Shown: positions 38,780 through 47,875, numbered from the stretch's first letter. The stretch is DNA of 64,000 bases from an uncultured virus (IMG/VR IMGVR_UViG_3300046786_000613) (IMGVR_UViG_3300046786_000613), one strand, 5' to 3'. The notes: a model not told the origin generated them from the sequence alone. Numbers and translations are program-made.

Positions 38780-39575
38780 CTATGTTCATATCCAAATCCA
38801 AACCTTTTCTTGATGGAGCATCTAAATCTGATTTCAAGTTTCCGTTAAATGGAAAAGTAGGTGTAATTCCTTTATTACCACCAACTACCGCTTGAATTGC
38901 TCTATTGCCTTCTTCAAAAGCAACATATACTTTGTAAGCAGTATTGTAGAAGTCGTTTCCGTTGTAATTCTTTTTATTTACAACAATCCATTTGAAATTA
39001 TCCCACCATTTTCCCGAACCAATTTTTACTTGTCCTTTTAAGAAATTAACATTACCTCCTGCGTAGAAATAGGCAAATACATCAGTACCTCCTATTTTAC
39101 CCAAAGAAATAGTTCTCAAGAAAATATCTCCTTGAGAATTGCTACCTAAAACACCTTTGTCTTTACGAGAATTGTAACCTTTCAATAAATTTTCGGGTAT
39201 AGCGTTTCCTTTTACTTTAAGGAAATTTGGAGAACCTTTTTTGTAAGTTTCACCATACTTACCCCAAGCCTTACGCATATATGAGTTATCAATGTCACCA
39301 CTTGCGCTCAAGTCAATTTCTTTAGCGTAAGAAGGATAAAATTTATTTACCCATTCACGGAAAAGATTGCCCTGTGCTTTATTAGTAAAAGGTGTTTTTT
39401 CGTTTGAATTTTCATTCCCACCTACAACAACAGAAGGTGGGTCGATTATAGATGAATCTTGCTCATCACCCGAACCTTCGTTTCTTTTCTTGATTGCTTG
39501 ATAAATAAAATAACTTGCAGTTCCAACTACACCAATAGTTGCAATACCAATTGCTATTTTTAATGCCTTGTTCAT
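38772..39575 (-). CDS. Membrane protein with putative peptidoglycan-binding-like domain
   Basis: N-terminal TM; FREWVN...LSASG..DNSYMRKAW; ends PFNG..LDLDMNIVD. Confidence 0.55.
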   Translation of the reverse strand: MNKALKIAIGIATIGVVGTASYFIYQAIKKRNEGSGDEQDSSIIDPPSVVVGGNENSNEKTPFTNKAQGNLFREWVNKFYPSYAKEIDLSASGDIDNSYMRKAWGKYGETYKKGSPNFLKVKGNAIPENLLKGYNSRKDKGVLGSNSQGDIFLRTISLGKIGGTDVFAYFYAGGNVNFLKGQVKIGSGKWWDNFKWIVVNKKNYNGNDFYNTAYKVYVAFEEGNRAIQAVVGGNKGITPTFPFNGNLKSDLDAPSRKGLDLDMNIVD

Positions 39576-39700
39576 CTTACTTTTTATTTATTTTCTTTAG
39601 CCTCTCTTGCGTTCTTGATGCTATTATAAACTGCATAACCAATTGCACCTATGGCAATTACTCCTACAACGATTAAAATTGAATTTCTCTTCATCTTGAA

Positions 39701-39892
39701 TTATATTTTATTTGTGCTTACTTGTAATGTTTCTTTTGGTCTGTATGAAACAGGTGGTTTTGAAACAGGTGGTTTTGAAACAGGTGGTGGCGCAAGTTCT
39801 TTGCCGTTATCATCTGTATCTTTTTTCATTTTTTTCCAAATAAGGTAAGCACCAACGGCAACCGCACCGCATATAAGCCATTTCTTTTTCAT
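39701..39892 (-). CDS. Small membrane protein
   Basis: N-terminal TM; PPVSK repeats. Confidence 0.6.
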   Translation of the reverse strand: MKKKWLICGAVAVGAYLIWKKMKKDTDDNGKELAPPPVSKPPVSKPPVSYRPKETLQVSTNKI

Positions 39893-39903
39893 TTTCTTTT
39901 TTT

Positions 39904-40362
39904 TTATCTGTAACCTAAACTACTTAAACGATTCATAGCACCTTGATAAAGATTTCCACTTCCTAAAGCATCCCATTCATCGTCTAAAGCCACATACAAA
40001 GATTTTTTATACTTTGTTTTGTAGTATTGTGCCAACTTTTTCAACTTGGCATCACTAAGTTTGGAAATTAAACCATTGATTTCTGTATCGTAAAATACAA
40101 AAGGTGGCTTTAACCAACCATAAAGTCTGTCATACAAGTATTTTGCATCACTTGCAGGATTGTATTTTTTTGCCTCCTCTTCTTCACTTGGTGATAATGG
40201 ATTAGTACCACTACCTTGTTCATTCAAAAGTGTATCAGCAGGGTCTTGTGCTCTATTGGCTTTAATTTTACCTACAATTACTTTTGATACAAAATATAAG
40301 CCTGTAGTAATAAGAAGAACACTTACTCCTGTAATTAAAGTCTTTTTAGTTTTCTCTTCCAT
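39904..40362 (-). CDS. Membrane protein with annexin-repeat-like domain
   Basis: DAKYLYDRLYG...EINGLI...LAQYYKTKYKKSLYVALDDE. Confidence 0.5.
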   Translation of the reverse strand: MEEKTKKTLITGVSVLLITTGLYFVSKVIVGKIKANRAQDPADTLLNEQGSGTNPLSPSEEEEAKKYNPASDAKYLYDRLYGWLKPPFVFYDTEINGLISKLSDAKLKKLAQYYKTKYKKSLYVALDDEWDALGSGNLYQGAMNRLSSLGYR

Positions 40363-40365
40363 TAC

Positions 40366-40866
40366 CTAAAAGTTTTTAGTTTTTGATAAGTAGCCATTTA
40401 GAGTTAACCAATGCTCACTTTCAAGAAAAGTATCAAGATAAGATTCAAGACCAACACCATAATTCTTTTGAAATATGTAAGCAATGTAACTTACATTGAC
40501 TAAAGAACCTGCCGAAGTTATTGCTCCGACTGCTTGAGATTCTTTATCGGAAAATCCTCCCCATCCTCCCCATTTAGCATCGTAAATCAGTTGTGCTGAA
40601 GTATTTGCTTTTGCAGTTGAAATTGTTACTTTATTAGGGTTGGCTTTGTAGAATAAATCACTTAAAACTTGACTTTTTGTTACATCTTCTTTTACCTCGT
40701 CTGCCTCTCTGTCATTTTTATCTTTGGTAATTCCTAAACCATTTAAAATTGGCTTAATGATACCAAAATAGGCAACACCCAAAACTAATACGGCAACAAC
40801 ACCATAAACAATATATTGTGTCTTTTGACCTGTTTCCGCTTTTACGCTAATGTTTGGTTGATTCAT
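40366..40866 (-). CDS. Membrane protein with annexin-repeat-like domain
   Basis: AQLIYDAKWG..SDKESQAV...IAYIFQKNYGVGLESYL. Confidence 0.5.
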   Translation of the reverse strand: MNQPNISVKAETGQKTQYIVYGVVAVLVLGVAYFGIIKPILNGLGITKDKNDREADEVKEDVTKSQVLSDLFYKANPNKVTISTAKANTSAQLIYDAKWGGWGGFSDKESQAVGAITSAGSLVNVSYIAYIFQKNYGVGLESYLDTFLESEHWLTLNGYLSKTKNF

Positions 40867-41624
40867 TATCTATGGTTTTTTACAAATTTGTCTAACTTAT
40901 CAAATCTTTTTTTGTTTGCTTCGGAGGGAGCAGTTTTAAAAACATTCAAGAACACATTGTAAATATCAATTTTAGGGTAACCTAACTTTAAATAGATATT
41001 CAAACCATTAATGTCTGCCTCTACTTCATTTGAAGGGTTCTTATTGAGGTAAAAATGCGAATACTCGTGAAGCAAAATTGCCATTCTCATAGGAATGGTC
41101 ATTGCTCTGAATTGGTCTGCACTTACTTCAATTCTTCCATTTACTTGTGAAATTCTTGCAGGTGTTTTTAAGACTACACCATTCACGTTTCTAATTGAGT
41201 CCAAATAGTCAATTCTGTAACGACCATTATTACTCATATAAACATCTCCTTTCGGTGATGCGGACAAATAACCACATTCATCGCTAAATTCTTGAGCGAA
41301 CTTAACAAATGCCTGTGTCTTTTTGCTGAAGTTGTATTTTGGCAACTTGTATGGCATTGATTTCACTTCAACCACATTAAAAGAGTTGTCGTTACGCAAC
41401 ATACCATTGTTGTCATTAAATACCATTACCAACGCTTCCGTTGGTGCTTGAGGCATCAAAACTTTGAAAGTTTCTTTACCATCTACGAATCCATACCGCT
41501 TTGTATAGTATGTATTCTTTCTATTGGCATCCCTTACTTGAATCCATATCTTCTCCTTAACTTTAGTTTCAATAACTATAATTATTACAGAAGGTTGGTC
41601 ATTAAGGGTTAATTTTGATACCAT
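40866..41624 (-). CDS. Zinc metallopeptidase (HEXXH), candidate maturation protease
   Basis: AILLHEYSHF...NEVEAD. Confidence 0.7.
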   Translation of the reverse strand: MVSKLTLNDQPSVIIIVIETKVKEKIWIQVRDANRKNTYYTKRYGFVDGKETFKVLMPQAPTEALVMVFNDNNGMLRNDNSFNVVEVKSMPYKLPKYNFSKKTQAFVKFAQEFSDECGYLSASPKGDVYMSNNGRYRIDYLDSIRNVNGVVLKTPARISQVNGRIEVSADQFRAMTIPMRMAILLHEYSHFYLNKNPSNEVEADINGLNIYLKLGYPKIDIYNVFLNVFKTAPSEANKKRFDKLDKFVKNHR

Positions 41625-41637
41625 ATCTTATATCTTA

Positions 41638-41919
41638 TTACTCTGCGCTTGAGCGAGTTAATCCATAAACCAATACCGCTAAACCTACAAAACCAAGTAA
41701 ATTAACCATACCCAATTTTGCTTTTGCAGTTTGAGTAGTGCTTCTTGAAGGTTTAATAGAAGGAACATCTTCCTCATCTGAATCATCACCTTCTGATTCA
41801 ATTAAATTGTACATTTTTTCGTGGTCTTGAAGAATCCCTTTACTTTGAGTTTCTTTGAGCCATTCTTTAAATGACAATGGACTTTTACTTTCTTTGTAAA
41901 GTTTGTTTGCACTAATCAT
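41638..41919 (-). CDS. Membrane virion protein
   Basis: SANKLYKES..LSFKEWL; C-terminal TM. Confidence 0.6.
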   Translation of the reverse strand: MISANKLYKESKSPLSFKEWLKETQSKGILQDHEKMYNLIESEGDDSDEEDVPSIKPSRSTTQTAKAKLGMVNLLGFVGLAVLVYGLTRSSAE

Positions 41920-41920
41920 T

Positions 41921-42148
41921 TTAATTCGCTTTAAAAATAAATCTTCCTAATACTAAACCGACAATTCCGCTTACTACAAGGCTTTTTCTTGTGGCTATGC
42001 CAATAAGGACACCGATACCGCCTCCAATCAATGCACCTTTGATATTATCCTGCATTTTAGTAGAAACTTCAGTAACAATGCTATCTGCCCCAAAGTATTT
42101 AACCTTTTGTGCATTAGTTGTTAAAGTATCACGTTCTCTTCTTGTCAT
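41921..42148 (-). CDS. Glycine-zipper membrane protein
   Basis: YFGAD; GALIGGGIGVLIG. Confidence 0.6.
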   Translation of the reverse strand: MTRRERDTLTTNAQKVKYFGADSIVTEVSTKMQDNIKGALIGGGIGVLIGIATRKSLVVSGIVGLVLGRFIFKAN

Positions 42149-42150
42149 TT

Positions 42151-42864
42151 TTATTTGCCTTTTCTTTTAGACATAAAGTAAATTCCACCTGCAACGACAA
42201 CAAGTCCCACAATTACAAGTGTTTTGTTTCTTTGAATCCAAGTTCCTGTTGGAGCATCATTACCTCCATTACCTCCATCTCCTCCCGTTGGGATAGAACC
42301 TGTGTTTGCACTACCTAAAGAGTTATTCAATGTAGTCGCTACTTGACCGATTGTATCTCGGTTTTTTGTGAACCACTTTGCAAATCGTTGAAAACCACTT
42401 TCTTCTTCAGCAGTACCCTTTAATGTAGGGTCTACATCTTTGCCTTGTTTTCTTTTCTGAAAAAACTGACCAATTGATTGTAAAAAGCCACCTTTTTTTG
42501 TTCCTGCAAGTTCTTTTGGTGAATTTGTACTTGTTACCTTACCTCCTGCCGTTGCAGGTAATGGTGCTAACTTATCATCATCCATCATATTAGAATATGA
42601 CTCTAATGTTGTAGCACTTGCGGTAATCAAAACAGAAAGGTTTTGAATAAGCCTTTTATTGCGTTTGTTGGCAATAATCAAGCGAACTAAATCTTTTCTT
42701 GAAGCGTTTGCAGGAACTTTTACTCCTGCATCCTTTAAAGCATCAATAACTGCTTTTGGTTCTTTGTGAATTACCTTTCCTAACTCACCTAATACCATTG
42801 AATGCTTTCTATTGCCACTTGCATTAGAATAACTATCCACGAAATTGTAACTTTGATATATCAT
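42151..42864 (-). CDS. Membrane virion protein
   Basis: YSNASG and YSNM motifs; C-terminal TM plus KRK. Confidence 0.65.
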   Translation of the reverse strand: MIYQSYNFVDSYSNASGNRKHSMVLGELGKVIHKEPKAVIDALKDAGVKVPANASRKDLVRLIIANKRNKRLIQNLSVLITASATTLESYSNMMDDDKLAPLPATAGGKVTSTNSPKELAGTKKGGFLQSIGQFFQKRKQGKDVDPTLKGTAEEESGFQRFAKWFTKNRDTIGQVATTLNNSLGSANTGSIPTGGDGGNGGNDAPTGTWIQRNKTLVIVGLVVVAGGIYFMSKRKGK

Positions 42865-43226
42865 TTTTTCATTATTAATGCGATTCCTACTAAAACAAAA
42901 CCTCCAAAAATCATCATTTTTGCAAGACTGATTTGTTCGGACTCACTATCTTTAATAGCGGAATTTCCTGTTGCGTTAGAGAAATTTTCTTTTTTCTCTG
43001 CCTTATGTTTTGAGCATTCGCAAACGCTCTTGATAAGGTCTTTGTCGGGGTGAATCTCTGCTAATTCTTTTAAGCCTTTTTCACCATTTTTGTTAACATA
43101 GTCTTTCAACTGACTCTCAAGTTCATCGGGACTTTGAGGTCTACTATACCCTTGTTTGCTTATTAATTCATAAGCATCCTTTGGACAAGTATTGGCATAG
43201 TATTCGTAAAGTGTTATCTGTTTCAT
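42861..43226 (-). CDS. Membrane virion protein
   Basis: LAEIHPDKDLI, FSNATG, C-terminal TM. Confidence 0.65.
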   Translation of the reverse strand: MKQITLYEYYANTCPKDAYELISKQGYSRPQSPDELESQLKDYVNKNGEKGLKELAEIHPDKDLIKSVCECSKHKAEKKENFSNATGNSAIKDSESEQISLAKMMIFGGFVLVGIALIMKK

Positions 43227-43237
43227 CTGATTCTTTT

Positions 43238-43277
43238 AAAAAAGAAAGGGTTAGCGAAATTAATTGCCAACCCTTTC
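43238..43277 (-). terminator. Strong terminator after the candidate capsid gene
   Basis: GAAAGGGTTGGC-loop-GCTAACCCTTTC plus T6 on the minus strand. Confidence 0.8.
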
Positions 43278-43354
43278 GTATGAAAGACACCTATTAAGAG
43301 GTGGACAAACCGAAAAGGTTTATCTAATACATTGTTGCTTTAAGCGAACTTTGA

Positions 43355-44098
43355 TTATCTACCACGCAATGCTCGTAGAGCCTTGCTTGATAAAACAACT
43401 TTATCCGACTTAACTATGTTAGGATTACCATAACCTGCAACTGCACGTTGACCCGTAAGAGTACGAGCGATAGATGAAGTTTCAGCAGGGTAGAAGTAAA
43501 TCTTAGCAGTCGCACTTGCCAACAAACGGCTCAATACTACTGAAGTAAATCCATCAATTTTGAATGTGAATTTAACTGCAATAATAGTTGATTGTTGCTG
43601 ATAAGGGTCAATGGTAGGTACAAGAGTCTTTTGACTTTCGTTACCATTAACGTCTTGTTGGATAAGTGTCAAAGTTTCAAGAACTTGGTTAGCGGTAGAT
43701 GACTGCAAATATGTTAACCCAACTGTGAACGGTTTGTTCATAGATTGGTACAAAAATTGCCCGTAGGTAATTCCACTAATACCCATAGTAATTGAGATGG
43801 CTGCGGAGTTTTGATAGTTTGGCGATGTGTATGCCAAAGTATTATACGCACCCAAAATAGTTACAGGGTATGCAGTTGCGGTGTTAGTGTTTGCGATAAC
43901 CACGATGTATGGTTGAGATGTAGGAGCGGATGCACCCATATCGGTGTCACCATCTGCTGAATACATATCATCATCACCATAGAAACCATCAAACTCATCA
44001 TCACCTGCGAATGATAACTCGTCATCGAAACCTCCATAATTGAAGAAGTTTTCGTTTGCCTCGTCTTGTGCTTGTGCAAAATAATCACGAAGATTCAT
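43355..44098 (-). CDS. Candidate major capsid protein (beta-rich, jelly-roll-sized) with acidic propeptide
   Basis: Soluble beta-rich ~190-aa body; own promoter and terminator; next to packaging ATPase; paralogue at 24942. Confidence 0.6.
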   Translation of the reverse strand: MNLRDYFAQAQDEANENFFNYGGFDDELSFAGDDEFDGFYGDDDMYSADGDTDMGASAPTSQPYIVVIANTNTATAYPVTILGAYNTLAYTSPNYQNSAAISITMGISGITYGQFLYQSMNKPFTVGLTYLQSSTANQVLETLTLIQQDVNGNESQKTLVPTIDPYQQQSTIIAVKFTFKIDGFTSVVLSRLLASATAKIYFYPAETSSIARTLTGQRAVAGYGNPNIVKSDKVVLSSKALRALRGR

Positions 44099-44208
44099 TT
44101 TGTTGACTTTTTTAAAATTTTTAACTTTTGTTTCTTTTGTTCAAGGGGTGAAGTCCCCTGTTTACACTACCTATTGGTAAAATTCTTTTGGCAATCTTTT
44201 CAAAAAGA

Positions 44209-44319
44209 TTATTCAGCAGTAGAAGTAGGCATTAGTTTGTCTTTGATAAGACCTGCAACTAAAATCCCAACTACAACCGCAGAAGCAGTCCAAAGCATTC
44301 CTTTAACATTTGCGTTCAT
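44209..44319 (-). CDS. Small membrane protein (36 aa, not in track) co-transcribed with capsid gene
   Basis: MNANVKGMLWTASAVVVGILVAGLIKDKLMPTSTAE. Confidence 0.65.
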   Translation of the reverse strand: MNANVKGMLWTASAVVVGILVAGLIKDKLMPTSTAE

Positions 44320-44388
44320 TTGACTGAATTTAAAATATGAATAATAATTTATTTTTATCTACCTCCCCAAAGATGCAGACTTGAATGA

Positions 44389-44396
44389 CAAATATA
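44389..44396 (-). promoter_or_regulatory. Bacteroidota -7 element for the capsid transcript
   Basis: TATATTTG. Confidence 0.65.
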
Positions 44397-44451
44397 TATA
44401 GGCTTTGTGAAAGTTATTTTTTGATATAAAATTGAATAAGTATGAATAAAC

Positions 44452-44478
44452 AAAAAACCCCTGCATTTGCAAGGGTTT
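44452..44478 (-). terminator. Intrinsic terminator after ATPase
   Basis: AAACCCTTGCA-A-ATGCAGGGGTTTTTT on the minus strand. Confidence 0.7.
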
Positions 44479-44504
44479 AAACATTGAAAATAAAAAGCCA
44501 AACT

Positions 44505-45311
44505 TTATTTCAGATACATCTGAATAAGTTCTTTTTTGACGTATGCAGTCGCAGTTGCGACATTATAAACCTTTTGACCTTTACTATTTGTGTGGTTCAA
44601 AAGAGGTTTTACTTTGGTTCGGTGATTTAAAGCAATGTATTCATCAATTGCTTCGTGAATCATTTTGTCTGAAAAAGTTCCGTAAATTTTCTCGTGGTCA
44701 CAATCGAAAGTCACATAGAACCTTGAGTTACCACCAAAGTATTGTTTGTTTACAAGAATTTCGCAAATCTTAAATGCTTCCCATTTATCCTCAAACTTTT
44801 TCTTATGTCGGTCAACGCTATCCGTGTTCTTATGAAAACGAAGCCAATTGATGTTCTGCCAAATTTTTGTAGTAATCCTACCAATTGATTGATAGTGCAT
44901 TATAATGTCAAGACTTGTGTGTCGGTTGGTACATATTGCTCCTACAAGGTCATTGCTCAAATAGTCACCAACGTATTTGTTGATGTCTTCAATCAAAAGC
45001 AAACCTCCCTTGTAAACGTGAAGGATATGCCATAAAGCATTCGCAACGTCACTCAAAGTCATTTTAGTCCCATCGTCATTGTAAGGTCGAACCCTACGGC
45101 ATTCAATCTTTGGGTGATAGGTAAATAACTCTACGTCACTTAATTTAATTGCCTTAACTTCCTCAAACTCATCGTTTACATCCAAAATCAAGGCTCTTCT
45201 TGGCTTTACATTTAAACCGCCTTTTATGTATTGATTAATTACTGAAAGGGTAGTGTAGGTTTTACCAATTCCTTTTTTCCCTACCGCTACTCCTAATAAC
45301 GCTTCTCTCAT
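44505..45311 (-). CDS. FtsK/HerA-superfamily (A32/P9-like) genome-packaging ATPase
   Basis: Walker A GKKGIGKT, Walker B LLLIED, NRH arginine finger followed by IIMHYQS; 268 aa. Confidence 0.8.
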   Translation of the reverse strand: MREALLGVAVGKKGIGKTYTTLSVINQYIKGGLNVKPRRALILDVNDEFEEVKAIKLSDVELFTYHPKIECRRVRPYNDDGTKMTLSDVANALWHILHVYKGGLLLIEDINKYVGDYLSNDLVGAICTNRHTSLDIIMHYQSIGRITTKIWQNINWLRFHKNTDSVDRHKKKFEDKWEAFKICEILVNKQYFGGNSRFYVTFDCDHEKIYGTFSDKMIHEAIDEYIALNHRTKVKPLLNHTNSKGQKVYNVATATAYVKKELIQMYLK

Positions 45312-46108
45312 AACTGAATATCAAATTTGTTTTCTACTCTTATTAATCCGTGTGCAACGCCTCCAATCATTAAGGCACTATCTCTGATGTCTTTAAAGTT
45401 ATTGTAATGGAAAATAACCTTTTGCTTTGAAACTTCATCACTTTGTGAAGACGAATTTATCACTTTTGATGCAATATCGTTTCGGACATAAGCGTAATGG
45501 TGCATCTCAATCTCTTCACGCTCGTAAATACGGGAATAACCTGCCTTAACTTTTCTTGTAGGGTCTAAAATTACAGGGTAGTCTGAACTGAAATATCCAA
45601 ACTCGGTTTCCTTCTTAATCTTGTAGAACAGAGGCGCATAGTATTCTTCTTTTGGATAAAGACGATAAATTGGTTCTTTGTAGTAAGTGGACATCTTACA
45701 AAATGAAGTGTCGTAATCACCAAGTTCAAAATCATCTTTGGCAAACTTGAACTCTTTTGGGTCATACAACTCATCACAATCCAAAGTCATCATTACATCA
45801 CAACCATTAGCACGGCAAATATCCAAACCTATGTTTCTTTTCTTAATTTCATTTTCTTGCCCATTCTGCCAACGTAACGAACCATCTTCATTAGTCTGAA
45901 GTTGTGGCTCATACTTGTAAAGAAAATCAATCAGACCTGCTCTTTCATACATCCGTAATTTCTCTTCAAGATTTGGGTTTTCATTACCAAAATTGCTTGT
46001 AGTCTGATAAACTACATTGATATGGTTAACCATTGGTCGTAAGTTTCGTAGGCTAAAGAATAACATCTCTTCACCATCGAAGATATTGTAGGTAACTCCT
46101 AACTTCAT
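45308..46108 (-). CDS. GT-A fold glycosyltransferase
   Basis: YNIFDGEE...KRNIGL...LDCDELY...MHHYAYVR. Confidence 0.75.
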   Translation of the reverse strand: MKLGVTYNIFDGEEMLFFSLRNLRPMVNHINVVYQTTSNFGNENPNLEEKLRMYERAGLIDFLYKYEPQLQTNEDGSLRWQNGQENEIKKRNIGLDICRANGCDVMMTLDCDELYDPKEFKFAKDDFELGDYDTSFCKMSTYYKEPIYRLYPKEEYYAPLFYKIKKETEFGYFSSDYPVILDPTRKVKAGYSRIYEREEIEMHHYAYVRNDIASKVINSSSQSDEVSKQKVIFHYNNFKDIRDSALMIGGVAHGLIRVENKFDIQL

Positions 46109-46947
46109 AGTTTTCGTTTAAAAAAGATTATTGCCTGTCGGTCATTGTATGTAAAATTTACATCTTCACCCAACATATTGACATCTTTGAACGTCATAGA
46201 ATGGTCTTGAGGCAATCTTATGTCAAATTCCCAATTTCTTTTAAGGTCATTTACGTTTTCCAAGTCATTGAATCCAAATCCGTAGTCATAAATTTCTTCG
46301 GGTTTAAAATCAAATTGAATAAATTCATCAAAGAAATAATGTCGGTCTGTGAATAGGTCAAAACCTGTATCGAAAGTCCATAAAAAGTCACGAGGGAACA
46401 TTTTGCTATAAAATACATCTTCAATAGCGAAAATACCATCCTTCTTTAACAGGTCTTTGTAATTGAGTAATGCCCACGCTTGATGATAAGGGTGGTGACT
46501 CGCATCGTCTAAAATAATATCGAAATCGTCACCCCATTTGTTTTTTACAACGTGAAGCGTCTTATCGGTACACGCATCTGCTTCAAGCAAATGGATTCTT
46601 GGTTTGTCTTTGCACAACTCAACGGCATTGACTCCCATATTGTGCCATTCAAAAGAAATGTCAACTCCATAAATTTCTGCGTTTGGAAAGTAATCGTGCC
46701 ACATTAACAATGAATGCCCACGAAATACTCCAATTTCCAAAACCTTTTTCACACTATGCCTTAAATCGTGAAATTCTTCGGCATAGTGCTTATGGTAATT
46801 GTGATAGCCAAGTTCTGTAAAGACTTTTTGACCTTTCAATTTGTCGTAATACCAATAATGTGTCACAGGATTCAATTTGTCCATAGTGTAAAGGTGTTCC
46901 CGATACATCTTTTCTTGAAAGTCTGTGAAAAATTGGTAAATAGACAT
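46105..46947 (-). CDS. Class I SAM methyltransferase (sugar O-MTase-like)
   Basis: VLEIGVFRGHSL.MW..YFPNA.IYGVDI...FDIILDDASH...IED. Confidence 0.85.
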   Translation of the reverse strand: MSIYQFFTDFQEKMYREHLYTMDKLNPVTHYWYYDKLKGQKVFTELGYHNYHKHYAEEFHDLRHSVKKVLEIGVFRGHSLLMWHDYFPNAEIYGVDISFEWHNMGVNAVELCKDKPRIHLLEADACTDKTLHVVKNKWGDDFDIILDDASHHPYHQAWALLNYKDLLKKDGIFAIEDVFYSKMFPRDFLWTFDTGFDLFTDRHYFFDEFIQFDFKPEEIYDYGFGFNDLENVNDLKRNWEFDIRLPQDHSMTFKDVNMLGEDVNFTYNDRQAIIFFKRKL

Positions 46948-47561
46948 TAGTTCGTGTATTTAGCGTTTTCAGCGATTTCTTTTGCTTTGTCTTCGTATGC
47001 TGAAAGAAGTCTTTTCAAAGGCTTGTAAATCTGAATTAGGAACTCTTCGTTTTTTTGTTGCTCTTTTGAACATTGATTCCACCAAGAAAGTTCGTAGGTC
47101 ATTTTGTGAAGAATGTCTTTGAACTCTGCTTTGTTTTCATTCAAGCAAACTTGAACTTTATCAAATACTTCTTTTGAGTTCTCTCTTGCCTCTTTTGATT
47201 CTTTTTCAAATTGTGGCATAAACACATTTTTGAAGTGTGTTTCTTTGTCATCAATCAGTTTTTGCTGAATACGCAATTTACCTTGATAGTCCAATACTTT
47301 CACTTGAGTTTCTGCCCAATCTGTAAGCGTATTGATATTTGCTTCAATTGACTCTTTTGTTTGATTTTGTATCAATTTTTGACACACTTTTCCTAAAATG
47401 TCTTGTTTTACGAGGTTGAACTCCAACGCTTGATTCAAGGTGTTGTAATACAATTTATCGTGTTCAATGACTTTCTCGAAGTCTGTCTTCGGCATAATAC
47501 GCTTTGACAAGATTTCTGTTTCTTTTTTCTCTCTTTCTGAAAGGTTTACTACTTTTCCCAT
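46947..47561 (-). CDS. Helical hypothetical protein
   Basis: Coupled ORF. Confidence 0.6.
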   Translation of the reverse strand: MGKVVNLSEREKKETEILSKRIMPKTDFEKVIEHDKLYYNTLNQALEFNLVKQDILGKVCQKLIQNQTKESIEANINTLTDWAETQVKVLDYQGKLRIQQKLIDDKETHFKNVFMPQFEKESKEARENSKEVFDKVQVCLNENKAEFKDILHKMTYELSWWNQCSKEQQKNEEFLIQIYKPLKRLLSAYEDKAKEIAENAKYTN

Positions 47562-47567
47562 TTTTAT

Positions 47568-47852
47568 TTATTTTTTTAATCCTTTTGCAATTCCTTTAAC
47601 TCCAAACATTTGAGCGGTTTCAAGATGCTCCATAGCGATTTTAAAACATCTTGTTTGTTCCATATACTCATCTCCCGATAATATTGATTCAATCCTTTCT
47701 TGCTCTAAAAAGTCAATAGCATCTGCCATCATTCTTTTAAATTTTCCAATCTTATCATCTGCTGAAGGATTGAAGTCAATGTGACATCGTTTTTCACCAA
47801 GTGTCATTGGTCTTGAAGACATAGCGATTTCTTCGGGTGTTAATTTTGACAT
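47568..47852 (-). CDS. Acb2/Tad1-like cyclic-nucleotide sponge candidate
   Basis: 94-aa helical hairpin; FNPS..IGKFK..ADAID...RCFKIAMEHLETAQMFGVKGIA. Confidence 0.6.
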   Translation of the reverse strand: MSKLTPEEIAMSSRPMTLGEKRCHIDFNPSADDKIGKFKRMMADAIDFLEQERIESILSGDEYMEQTRCFKIAMEHLETAQMFGVKGIAKGLKK

Positions 47853-47875
47853 ATTTATTTGTTTTTTTTGGTTTG

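Noticed and set aside
44505..45311. Terminase large subunit or conjugative VirB4
   Set aside because: Too short, has no nuclease domain and no T4SS genes nearby; motifs fit A32-like ATPases
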